Positions 41,971-51,558 of a DNA stretch of 64,000 nucleotides are shown piece by piece. The position numbers were made by a program, and so were the translations under genes. Source of the DNA: an uncultured delta proteobacterium (GTDB lineage: Bacteria > Myxococcota_A > Polyangia > Polyangiales > B10-G4). The notes beneath the pieces were generated by a model. That model was not told where the DNA came from, did not search any database, and saw only the letters and a list, made by a program, of their open reading frames with translations. The stretch is from contig CAVSGI010000013.1 of the NCBI GenBank assembly GCA_963727445.1, positions 441,601-505,600 on the forward strand, given 5' to 3'. Positions within the stretch are counted from its first letter, which is position 1, and each line of letters opens with the position of its first letter.

Positions 41971-42317
41971 CTTCATCACCCTCGAGAAGAGCGAGAAGCA
42001 CTACTCCCCGACCACCCTCTACAACGACTACCCCCTCAGCGATCGCCGCTTCCACTGGGAGACGCAGAGCTCGTGTCACGCCGACACCCCGACGGGCCGG
42101 CGCTACCTGAGCGCGAAGCCGGGCTCAGGTCAGAACGTCGTCCTTTTCGTGAGGACGCGGCGCACCGATGAGCGCGGGCGAGACCATGCCGTACCTGTGC
42201 TTGGGCAACGCGACGTATCGTGCGCATCGCGGCGCCCGCCCGATGCAGATCGAGTGGGAGCTCGAGCGGGCGATGCCGGCTGGGTTTTGGCAGGAGGTCA
42301 AGGTGGCGGCTGGGTGA
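41971..42317 (+). pseudogene. Duplicated 3' end (~345 bp) of the DUF3427 helicase gene
   Basis: Matches 40531-40876 with mainly synonymous changes; a third ~45-bp remnant at ~42332-42377. Confidence 0.9.
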
Positions 42318-42498
42318 ATCTCGGCCGCGCGTTCTACGCCGTGCACCGCGGGGCGCGCGCGATGCAGATCGAGTGGGATGACGGCCGCGCAACTCGGCCG
42401 GTGCGACCTCGATAAGGGCGCGATGATCGGTGCCGATCGGCAACTTTACCGCCGGCGTTCTTCATGTTCAGATCCCGCCACGCCGAACGGAGACCCTA

Positions 42499-43500
42499 AT
42501 GCTTCGCTACTTTCTTCTCGCCGCCGCTGCCGTCTGCCTGGTTCCTCTCACTGCCTGCCGAGAGACCGTCCCCCTTTGCGAGGAGCGTCCGGAGGACCCG
42601 TCCTGCGAGTGCTGGGACGCGGGCAGCGAGACCTTCGACATGGACTGCCAGTGCATGCGCGATCCGAGCATGCCCGGATGTTCGGTGGACGGCGGAGGTG
42701 ACAGCGGTGATGGGGCGATGGATGCTGCCGACACGGCGGTGGACGCCGGACCGTGCGAGATGCCCTGCGAGGGAACCACGCCGCTGTGCAACGAGACGCT
42801 CATGGCGTGCGTGCAGTGCCTGATGGACTCGGACTGCACGGATCCCAGCGCGGCCAAGTGCGGCACGGATGGCATGTGCACGAGCTGCGATGACAGCGCG
42901 CAGTGCGCGGGAATCGGAGATACCGACATCTGCGAGACCGCCGGTCCGCTCGCTGGCAAGCTGTGTGGAGTGCACAGAGGCAACGGAAGCCACCGATTGC
43001 GCCGGCGGCGTGGCCTGCGACTGGCGCGACGGGACGTGCAGCACCACGATGCGCCTGGCCGACACCTGCGACGCCTGCACCACCGACCTGGACTGCCTGG
43101 CCGGCCGGCGCTGCGTCGATCACGTCTTCATGGGAGCCAGTGTGGGCACCTTCTGCTTCTTGGACAGCGCAGATCGGGGGTGTGGAGACACGGACATGGC
43201 ACGTCGGCCGTACTCGACGTCGTCGAGCCTCACGAGCGTGGATGGTTGGATGTCGGACTTCTGCATGCCGCCAGAGCAGCAACACTGTGCGTCAATCTTC
43301 GACACTCGCTGCGAAGCAGTCTTGCGCTGCGGCGACCCATGACATGATTGCGGCGTGATGGGTCGACGATGCGTAATGCCCGACGGTCGCGGGATCTGGC
43401 GCACAGGTGCTGTACCTACTCATGCGGCGGCGACGAAACCGATTGCCGGGCAGCCGAACTGCGGTGGAACTCCCGCGGTACTTAGCCGCCTCGAGGATGT
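42499..43500 (+). CDS. Cys-rich repeat lipoprotein, paralogue B (frameshifted)
   Basis: Lipobox LTAC; shares core and ~90 bp of upstream DNA with 30572-31507. Confidence 0.7.
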
Positions 43501-43631
43501 AAGAGTCCGGCCGCGTGCATGGAGTCAGGTGATTGCTGACGCGCGTCTACCGAGTGCAGGGCTGCAGATGGGTCGGCGGACGCGTGGGCCGGACCCGGCA
43601 GCGCTAGATTCCGCACCAGGAGCGCAGTCCC

Positions 43632-45245
43632 GTGCCCACCCCCGGCATCCACCCGCGCGAATCCCCCCGCAACACCCCCTCCACCGCCGAGCAAACCGTC
43701 TGGCGCGCCCTCCGCGATCACCTCCCCGCGCACTGGCACGCCTGGCACTCCCTTCGCCTCCGCGACAAGCACAACCTCGACGGCGAAGGCGACTTCGTGC
43801 TCGCCGCGCCGAACCGCGGGCTCCTCGTCCTCGAGGTCAAAGGCGGCCACGTCGAGCTCCGCGATGGGCGCTGGTTCCAGAATGGCCATCCGATGAAGAA
43901 GGCGCCGCGCGAACAGGGCCTGCACTTCGCACACCGCCTCGTCGACCGCCTACACAAAGAAGGCTGCGCCCCACCCGCCTTCGGCGTCGCGACGTGCTTC
44001 CCCGACGTCGCCTTCGAACACGGCCCCTCCCAAGCCGACATGGTCGGTGCGGTCCTCGGCCGACAGGACCTGGACTGGCTCGCCGACGCCCTCCCCGCGC
44101 TCATCGAGCGCGCGCTCCCCTCGGCGCGCAACCCCAAGGGTCGCTGGATCGAAAAGCTCCACGCGCTCTGGGGCGAGACGTGGACGCCGCGCCTTCGCCT
44201 GGGCCAGAAGGCCGAGTACGACGAAGCCGAACGCCTCGCCCTCGACGCGACGCAGCTCGCTCTCCTCGACTGCATCTACGACAACGACCGCATGCTGGTC
44301 AGCGGCGTCGCCGGCAGCGGCAAGACCGTCCTCGCCGCGGAGCTCGCGCGTCGGTGGAGCGCCGAAGGCCAACGCGTCCTCTACGTCTGCTACACGAAGG
44401 CCCTCGCGCGCTGGCTCGCGAGTGCGTTGTCGGGCACGGACGTCCACGTCGCGCCCGTTCGCGAGTACGCCCACCAGCTCCTCGCCGCCACCGGTCAGCC
44501 TATTAACGAAGCAGGCGAAGGCTTCTGGGACGACCTCCCCTGGAGAGCCGCCGAGCTCGTCGACGAAAACACCTGGGACGCGGTCCTCGTCGACGAAGGC
44601 CAAGACCTCTCCCTCGGGGACTGGTCCCTCGTCGAAAAGTGCGCCGGCAAAGGCCCGCTCTGGGCGTTCCAAGACGACGCCCAAGCCTTCTGGGACGAAC
44701 GCGAAGTCCCCCGAGACCTGTTCACCGCCACCTTCCAGCTCCCCAAGAACTACCGCTGCCCGTCCGCGCTCTTCCGCGTCGCCCAGCTCTTCGCTGGCAA
44801 GGAGGACGACGCCGCCGTCGTCGACGCCCTTTCGTCCGGCGAGCTCGCCATCGTCGCCTGCCCCAGCGAGTCGTCCGTCGCCGAGAAGATCGCCACCGAG
44901 ATCGACAAGCTCCTCGGCGAGGGCCTCGCCCCGAGCGACATCGCCATCGTCTCGCTCCGCGGGCAGAGCGCCGCCGAGAGCGTCATCCGCCAGTCGAAGC
45001 TCGGCCGCCACGAGCTCGTCCCCGCCGACGACCCCGCGATGTCGGAGCACGTCGTCGCCGACACGTTCCTGCGCTTCAAAGGCCTCGAGCGCCCCGCCGT
45101 CATCGTCACCGATCTGCGCCTCGTCGCGGACAAGCAGGACAAGCGGCTCCACATCGCGCTCACCCGGGCGCTGGCGACGGCGCGGGTGGTGGCGCCGCGG
45201 GAGGTGCTTCGCGCAGTCGGCCCCCTCGCCGTGTCCAGCGGTTAG
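43632..45245 (+). CDS. NERD nuclease - SF1/UvrD-like helicase
   Basis: EGDFVL..LVLEVKGG; GVAGSGKT; VDEGQD; NYRC; FKGLE; IALTRA. Confidence 0.88.
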   Translation: MPTPGIHPRESPRNTPSTAEQTVWRALRDHLPAHWHAWHSLRLRDKHNLDGEGDFVLAAPNRGLLVLEVKGGHVELRDGRWFQNGHPMKKAPREQGLHFAHRLVDRLHKEGCAPPAFGVATCFPDVAFEHGPSQADMVGAVLGRQDLDWLADALPALIERALPSARNPKGRWIEKLHALWGETWTPRLRLGQKAEYDEAERLALDATQLALLDCIYDNDRMLVSGVAGSGKTVLAAELARRWSAEGQRVLYVCYTKALARWLASALSGTDVHVAPVREYAHQLLAATGQPINEAGEGFWDDLPWRAAELVDENTWDAVLVDEGQDLSLGDWSLVEKCAGKGPLWAFQDDAQAFWDEREVPRDLFTATFQLPKNYRCPSALFRVAQLFAGKEDDAAVVDALSSGELAIVACPSESSVAEKIATEIDKLLGEGLAPSDIAIVSLRGQSAAESVIRQSKLGRHELVPADDPAMSEHVVADTFLRFKGLERPAVIVTDLRLVADKQDKRLHIALTRALATARVVAPREVLRAVGPLAVSSG

Positions 45246-45254
45246 CCTCAACCG

Positions 45255-45292
45255 CCAACTGGTAATACCAGGTGGTCACGCATCCGGACGAC
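45255..45292 (+). repeat. Island motif copy 5 (subtype A)
   Basis: ccaactggtaataccaggtggtcacgcatccggacgac. Confidence 0.8.
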
Positions 45293-46016
45293 ATTGCGCC
45301 AACTCGAACAACGCCCCCCACACCTTCCCATACACCTTCGCCCGCGCCGCCCCCATCGCATCGCGCACCGCGTTCTTGAAGTTCGGGTAGTCCACATCCT
45401 CCCCGATCCGCCGTAGCGCCTCACCGAACGCCGCGTGACCCACGTGGGCGCGATAGCCATAGTCGGCGCGCGGCGTCTCGAGCGTCTCGCCCAGCTCTGG
45501 CAAGTAGCCCTCACGCAGCGCGTCGAGGTCGCCCCTCACCCGCGCCCGCACCGTCAGCACGTCCTCCCCCGGCCCACCCCTCGAAGCTCTCGTCGCGCAG
45601 CGTCGCCCGGATCGTCTGGTGACAAAGCTCTTCCCCGGCAGCCCCATCAGCGGCGAGAGCAGCCCATACCCAGCCCCATTCCACGACACGATCCGCGGCG
45701 ACCGCGCCGGCTCCCCGAGCAGCCGCACGAACCCCTCGAGATGGCTCCGCTCGTCCATCGCCTGTTCGCCTTGGCCCCCGCACGTCCCGAGCTTGAAACG
45801 GCCCGACGCTGAATCGAGCCAGGCCGCCCCGATCGTCACCACACGGTGATGCGGCAGCTCCGGATACTCGGTCCGCCCCTCCGTCTCCTCGAGCCGCCGC
45901 GCCACCATCGCGCGCACCACGGCCGCATCGTCCCCGTCGAGTCCCCACGCCCGCCGCCCCACATCCGGGTCGGGAATGGTCTCGATGTCGAAGGCGGCGA
46001 TGGGTCGGTCGAGCAT
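45276..46016 (-). pseudogene. Internally deleted copy of the 3'-5' exonuclease fused in frame to the 3' part of an unrelated hypothetical gene
   Basis: MLDRPIAAFDIETIPD..SWNGAGY joined directly to GLLSPLMGLPGKS; then VRAR..DYGYRA..DYPNFK. Confidence 0.8.
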
Positions 46017-46179
46017 GCGTCTGTGGTGTAGACGCAGCGGCTGACAGCGTTCTGACAGGACCTCGCGCCTCCTCGAAGAAACCACGCAACTCGGCATCCC
46101 CCGCCCCGATAAGGACGGCACATGGGTGGAGCGGATGAAGCCATCCCTTGGGAGACATCACTCGATGGAGGCAAATGCC

Positions 46180-46485
46180 ATGCGGCCAACACTACTCCTC
46201 ATTCTCGCCCTCACCTCGGCCTGTGCAGGCACGCCCTCGGGCCACCCGGATTCGGATGTGGCGGACGCCGCCGTCCTCGACGACGCGGCAGATGACACTT
46301 CGCCTCCTGACAGCAATACCGTTTCGCCCGAACCCACCCGGGACACATTGGTTCAGACGTCTGGGGGCACAACCGCGCGGACTCGCAGCTATCAGCTCGT
46401 CGTCCGCGTGGGAGCCCCACAACCCATGGGTAGCGCGGCTACTTCCACTAACCGAGTCGAAGTCGGCCCAGTCGCGCAGAGATAG
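46180..46485 (+). CDS. Small lipoprotein
   Basis: Lipobox TSAC; GGAGG upstream. Confidence 0.6.
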   Translation: MRPTLLLILALTSACAGTPSGHPDSDVADAAVLDDAADDTSPPDSNTVSPEPTRDTLVQTSGGTTARTRSYQLVVRVGAPQPMGSAATSTNRVEVGPVAQR

Positions 46486-46496
46486 GGGAGAGAGAA

Positions 46497-47207
46497 ATGC
46501 GCATTCTGATGATCATCCTCACCGCAGTCGTCTGGTTTCCGAGTGTCGCTTTGGGCCAGAACGTCCTCATACCCGTCCAAGGCACGTTGGCTGCGGCCGA
46601 TGGGACTCCGATCAATGGCGTGGTCAGCATCGAGCTCGGACTCTACGAGGAGGACTTCGGTGGGACGCCCATTTGGTCCGAAGTCAGGGACCTGACCGTG
46701 AGGCGGGGGTACTTCACTGTGTTCGCCGGAGACATCACGCCGCTCGATGCGACGGTCTTCCGAGATCACTCCCTTCTCATATTCTCCTTCTCCGTCGAAG
46801 GTGAGGAGTCTCGATTCCAACTGGGTGCGGTTCCCACCGCCGCGTTTGCCCACCACGCCGCGGAGGCAGCTCACGCTGAATCCGCCCAATTTGCAGACGA
46901 TGCGGCGACCCTCGAGGGCCGAGCGTCTTCCGACTTCGCAGCGGTAGATCACTCGCACACCCTCGACTGCACGACGGTCGTCAGCACAGTAACCGTCGTT
47001 CCAGGGACCACCTCGGTGGCTGAGGCGACCTGCCCTCGCGGCTACGTTCCCACCGGCGGCGGTTTCGATACGACGTGGGGATCGAGCACGGCCAGCAGGA
47101 GCAGACCGAACTCTGCCGGGAATGGCTGGGCGTGCGGACTGCGAAACAACACGACTGCGCACCGCGACGAGCATTGCTACGCGATTTGCTGCCGGATCGC
47201 GCCCTAG
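46497..47207 (+). CDS. Secreted fibre/adhesin-like protein
   Basis: Signal peptide; QGTL..DGTPING..LY..GGTPIWSE..GYFTV..LGAVPTA; Ala-rich stalk; Cys-containing head. Confidence 0.55.
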   Translation: MRILMIILTAVVWFPSVALGQNVLIPVQGTLAAADGTPINGVVSIELGLYEEDFGGTPIWSEVRDLTVRRGYFTVFAGDITPLDATVFRDHSLLIFSFSVEGEESRFQLGAVPTAAFAHHAAEAAHAESAQFADDAATLEGRASSDFAAVDHSHTLDCTTVVSTVTVVPGTTSVAEATCPRGYVPTGGGFDTTWGSSTASRSRPNSAGNGWACGLRNNTTAHRDEHCYAICCRIAP

Positions 47208-47362
47208 AGCCGAGGCACGGCTCTTCCGAACCGCCAATGCGCGCGCCTGTGGATGCACACACAGGAGATCCTGGACGATCTCGCCGATCCGCCCTCGTCT
47301 GTCAGTCCGCCTCAGACCGGCCCGTCCTCCCCATCGGGAGGAGCAGTTGGGAACGGGAGGGA

Positions 47363-48183
47363 GATGGACCAAGAAGAGTGACGCAGGCCCCGGCCTCGCC
47401 AAATGCGGCGAGGTTCGCCTCTACCGCGCACTCGACGCGCTGCGCCGCGCGAGCCGTTCCGAGCGCCGCACGATGAACGCCGAGTGGCGCTACATCACGC
47501 GCTGGCTCACGTGCTACGCCGGCCGGCGCCCCGGCGCGAGCGAAGCCGTCCAATACGCGCTCATGCGCGTGAGCCGCGGCATCGACGGCCTCGAGGCGCG
47601 CTCACCGGCGCGCGCCGCGAGCTGGCTTCGCCGCGTCCTCACCACCGGCTTCCACGACGTCGCGCGCGATGCGAAGAACGAGCCCGTCGTCGCCGCGCTC
47701 AGGGCGCTCTCCCCCGAAGCGCGCGACCGCGCCCTGCTCCGCCTCGTGGCCCCGACGCCCGATCGCCACCTCACCCCCGAAATGCTCGACGCGTGCATGC
47801 GCCTCGTCGCGACCCTCGTCGCCGACTGGACCGCCGCGACCATCCCCTCGCCCGCGCACCGAAAGAGCGCGCGCCTCCGCGCCCGCGTCGCCCTCCTCCG
47901 CCACCTCCGCGGTCTCGACCTCGACGAGCTCCGCCACGCGATCGGCCGGCCCGTCGCCCGCGACACCCTCTACAAGTGGTTCGAGCGCGGCCGCGACGAC
48001 GTCCTGCTCCCGGCGCTCGCCGCCTGGTCCTCCGCGCCCGCGCGCACCGAGGAGGAGCTCACCTTCGCCGAGGCGCTGCGCGAGGCGCTCCTGAGCACGC
48101 GGCGTCCGAGGTCGCGAAGGCCGCGCAAGTCCACGTCGGAGTGCGAGTGCCGAGCGCTTCCTCTCACCCGGGGGATCTCCTGA
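47363..48183 (+). CDS. Divergent ECF sigma factor-like protein (start uncertain)
   Basis: EAVQYALMRV..AASWLRRV (region 2-like); GLDLDELRHAIG..TLYKWFERGR (region 4-like). Confidence 0.45.
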
Positions 48184-48226
48184 CGGCAGGCGACGACGGA
48201 GAACGCGGAGATCAAGAACGGCAGGA

Positions 48227-48264
48227 CCTACTGGTCATACCAGGTGGTCACATATCCGGACGGC
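48227..48264 (+). repeat. Island motif copy 6 (subtype A)
   Basis: cctactggtcataccaggtggtcacatatccggacggc. Confidence 0.8.
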
Positions 48265-48376
48265 CAAGCGCCACCTATCGCCCCGACGGCATCCGTTCAA
48301 TGAACGCCCGAAGCGCCCGCGAGAGCTACCGCGTTGCCCACCGCTGACGAACACCGGGTCTGTGAAGACCAGCTCA

Positions 48377-48652
48377 TCAGGGTCCGAGATAGCCGTTGCG
48401 GGGTAGGTCGCCGGTCCAGAACGGCGAGGGAGTGAGCGCGTGTGTGTCGACAAGCTCGGCGAGCGACATCGGACCGCCGGGCACGCCCTCGAGTTGGTTG
48501 CGAAGCGCTTCCTGCTCTGCCAACAACTCGTCAGCGCACTCGTCCTCTTCCTCGATCCGGCGGGCCAGGTCCGCCATCAGTGGATACCCACCTGTGTTGC
48601 AGAGCTCGATCCCCAGCGTCTCGACGACTTCCTCGAGGTAGCGCTGCTTCAT
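48377..48652 (-). CDS. Small hypothetical protein
   Basis: 91 aa; GGAGG before ATG. Confidence 0.4.
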   Translation of the reverse strand: MKQRYLEEVVETLGIELCNTGGYPLMADLARRIEEEDECADELLAEQEALRNQLEGVPGGPMSLAELVDTHALTPSPFWTGDLPRNGYLGP

Positions 48653-48973
48653 GGCGCCTCCACGATGTCACGCAGGTCCGCCTCTGTGAAGCCGGCGTGT
48701 ACCCCGCGACGAACGCGTGGTGTTCATCCGAGTCGCAGACTGGATTGGGGGGCGTCTTCTCGCCCGCCACGCCGAGCCGTACGCCGCCTGCGCTTGGGCC
48801 TCCGCCTTTGCTCCGCCATCTCCAAGAACCGCCGAATCCGTTGCGTCGTCAAGCGCCCCACCCCGGAAACCTCCGCGAGCGCGGCGCCTCGTGCAGTAGC
48901 TCGTAGAGTCGCGAGCCCCTCTCGCGCGCATCGACCACCAGATCGATCATGGTCTCTTCATCCAGTGCCCCAC

Positions 48974-49579
48974 TCACCGCCTCCGGGAACAGCACCGCTT
49001 GTACTTCTTCCCGCTGCCACAGGGACAGGCCGCGTTGCGCCCGACTTTCCGCGTGACGACCGGCTTCGCGACGGCTCGTTCCGCCGCGGCTTGCCGCGCG
49101 AAGGGCCAATCGCGGGTGTGCCGCCGTGCGATGGCCCGGGATTCCTCTCCGCTCGTCTCCTCCGAGTAGCAGCGGAGGAAGTCGTCGCGACGCGCCCTCA
49201 TTTGCGCCAACCACGCCGCGCCCCGCTCCTCCTCGATCAGCCCATCGACCACGAATCGGCGAAGCCCCTCGACGAGGTGGTCGAAGAACACGTCCACGGG
49301 GCCGACCATTCCGACGGTGCCCCCCTCCCACAAATCGCTGAACAGGAAGTCGCCGACGTCGAAGACGTCCCACGTCGGCCGTCCCTGCGTCTCGAACTCG
49401 GAGCAGCTGACGAGGCAGAAGGCCGCGTGCTCCGCGGATTGCAGCCACGGATCGTCGGCCGCCTCGAGCTCCGACAGCCAGCGGTCGACCGTCGACGTAT
49501 GACGGGTGTACCAGCGTGCGGTCGTCTCGGAGTGGTGATGGATCGGTCCGAAGACCCAGTCGGAGGGGCGTCTGTCCAT
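48974..49579 (-). CDS. SEC-C metal-binding motif protein
   Basis: KVGRNAACPCGSGKKYKRCC. Confidence 0.85.
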   Translation of the reverse strand: MDRRPSDWVFGPIHHHSETTARWYTRHTSTVDRWLSELEAADDPWLQSAEHAAFCLVSCSEFETQGRPTWDVFDVGDFLFSDLWEGGTVGMVGPVDVFFDHLVEGLRRFVVDGLIEEERGAAWLAQMRARRDDFLRCYSEETSGEESRAIARRHTRDWPFARQAAAERAVAKPVVTRKVGRNAACPCGSGKKYKRCCSRRR

Positions 49580-49613
49580 AGCCCCTCATCGAGCCGAGGA
49601 CCGAGCAGTTGCG

Positions 49614-49790
49614 TCACTCCGAAGGGTTCACACATTCGGACTCCCCATTTTTCAACAGATCGTCTGGCACGACGACGAGCAAGTCCCAGTCGCTCTCCGG
49701 TCCATGTGCGCCGCGGCCGCGACTGCCGAAGAGCCATATCTCCTCGGGCGAGAGCTCGTCGACGAGCATCTCGAGAACGCCGCTCGGAAG
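49614..49790 (-). pseudogene. Minimal nucleotidyltransferase fragment
   Basis: IWLFGSRGRG..ESDWDLLVVV; runs into the motif copy at 49625. Confidence 0.7.
49625..49650 (+). repeat. Island motif copy 7 (subtype B)
   Basis: ggttcacacattcggactccccattt. Confidence 0.7.
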
Positions 49791-49969
49791 CTCCCGCCGC
49801 TCGCGACGAACTCGTTCCGGAACTCCTGCGGAAACCACGCCAGCTCCGCGCGCACGCCCGCAGGGAGCTTCCGCAGCAGCGCCTCGAGCGAGGTCGGCGT
49901 GGGATCCAGCGGCAACGGGTACGCCACCCCGGAAAGGTTGCTGGGCCTGATCACCGGGACAACTTGGAG

Positions 49970-50070
49970 GCTGTGGAGCGTGGATTGCGGAGTGAAGAAG
50001 GCGCTGAGATTGCACATACCCCGAAGACGGCCGGCCCCGCCCCGAACTGACGGTCTTCGCCTGCGCGTCC
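49970..50070 (+). repeat. 101-bp imperfect direct repeat, left copy
   Basis: Matches 52205-52305; internal cgaagac...gtcttcg inverted pair. Confidence 0.8.
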
Positions 50071-50359
50071 GAACCCGTGAAGCTCGTCGACGCAGCATGT
50101 CGATGGGCGACCACTCGTCTTCGTCCACGAACTCCTCGCCGGACACCCCTCGCGGACGCGCATCGGCGAACGAGAGGACACCGAGCGCGTAGATGATCCC
50201 GAAGGCCCATGGCTCCACGTCGTCTTCGTCGATCCGCAGGTCCATCTCGACCACCTCGTCCTCGGTGCCCTCGATGAACCGCGTGTCGACCACCTCGATC
50301 GGCAGGACACCCACGGTCTCGGCCAGCAGCTCCAGCGCGTATCGACGTGTCTCATCCAT
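50071..50359 (-). pseudogene. Hypothetical protein, 3'-truncated at the 101-bp repeat
   Basis: FGIIYALGVLSFADARPRG..DEW; frame runs into the repeat. Confidence 0.5.
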
Positions 50360-50652
50360 CAGAACGGGCACCCGTCGTCGGGATCGACGTCGTCATCCGG
50401 ATTCTCCAGCTCGTCCCAGGTGACACCGTACGCGAAACCCGCGGCCGTGTAGCCCGCGATGAACGCGTGGTGCTCGTCCGAGTCGCACCTGTCGGCGCTC
50501 GCCTCCGGCCACGTCCGTTTGGAGCGGTAGCGCGTCGGGCCCGACCCCTTTCGCTTTCTCGTTCGCACCGGGCAGTCTCGCTGAAAACGACCTTGTTGTG
50601 AGAGATCACGACGAGCCTGCCGTAGCATCTCCTGTTGGTACGCGCTGGGACT

Positions 50653-51558
50653 TCAGTCCTTCGTCCACGGCCCATTCGGAGCCCATCGCCAAGTGGCGCC
50701 TGGCTTCTGCTCGAGAGGCTCGAGCAAGAACGGTCGAATGCGCGAGAGCACATCCTCCAGCCCCACAGTCTCGGCGCCGATCCGTTGGCAGAACGCCGTC
50801 CATTGGCGCTGCTTGGAGACGTCGGCCGCGAACGCATCATCGAGCCCGATGGGTACCACGCCCGGGATTGCGGCCTTGCGGCGCTGGAATGTGCCTTCGA
50901 TCGCACGGCGAAGGTCCGCCGCTTCGAAAGCCCGCTCGCCGGCAAGAATGTAGATATCGAAGTAGTCCTTCATCCGCGTGTTGAGCAGACCCAGGTCGAC
51001 CATCGCATGGAACTTCTCAGCGATGACCTGCTCGGGCCTGTACGCTCGAAGACGGGCCGACGGCTGCTCGAGCAGCGTCGGGACGTCGACTTCCACAGCG
51101 GGCAACGTCAGCGCGTCACCGAAGCCCGTGTCGATCTGCAAGGGGATTCGCGCTGAGCCAAGCCGTACCGTCAGGGTCGTGCGGAGCCCCGAGTAGTCGG
51201 CGTCCTCCCGAATGGGCACGACCTCGACAGTCTGCTCGTCGAACTCGAGCCCATCCGCATCGACTGAAGTCGTGATCACCTCCCGAAGGACGGCCGCCAG
51301 GCGCTCTTCATCAGGCGTGCCGAACCCGAGCAGGTCGACGTCCTTGGTAGCTCGATGCGGCCTCTCGGTCCACACCGCGAGGAGCGTTGCTCCCTTCAGG
51401 ACGAAACTCTCCGCGTGGATCGACTTGGATAGTCGATACAGGAACCGTTCGATCGCGTACCGAACGAGAACGCGCTGAAACTCCTCACCGGACTCGCGCG
51501 CACCATTGAGAAGTCTCGCGTGCACCGATGCCGCGCTACCGCGATCCCCTTTGGTCAC
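50653..51558 (-). CDS. abiEii: AbiEii-type nucleotidyltransferase toxin (type IV TA)
   Basis: ERFLYRLS, FVLKGA, RATKDVDL, IDTGFGD, IAEKFHA, NTRMKDYFD. Confidence 0.92.
   Translation of the reverse strand: MTKGDRGSAASVHARLLNGARESGEEFQRVLVRYAIERFLYRLSKSIHAESFVLKGATLLAVWTERPHRATKDVDLLGFGTPDEERLAAVLREVITTSVDADGLEFDEQTVEVVPIREDADYSGLRTTLTVRLGSARIPLQIDTGFGDALTLPAVEVDVPTLLEQPSARLRAYRPEQVIAEKFHAMVDLGLLNTRMKDYFDIYILAGERAFEAADLRRAIEGTFQRRKAAIPGVVPIGLDDAFAADVSKQRQWTAFCQRIGAETVGLEDVLSRIRPFLLEPLEQKPGATWRWAPNGPWTKD

Noticed and set aside
40531..42317. Diversity-generating retroelement TR/VR pair
   Set aside because: Differences are mostly synonymous and not adenine-specific; no reverse transcriptase in the window.
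29675..49650. CRISPR array or classical integron made of the island motif
   Set aside because: Spacing is irregular (0.7-11 kb); no cas or intI gene; no attC-type long hairpin with RYYYAAC/GTTRRRY ends.
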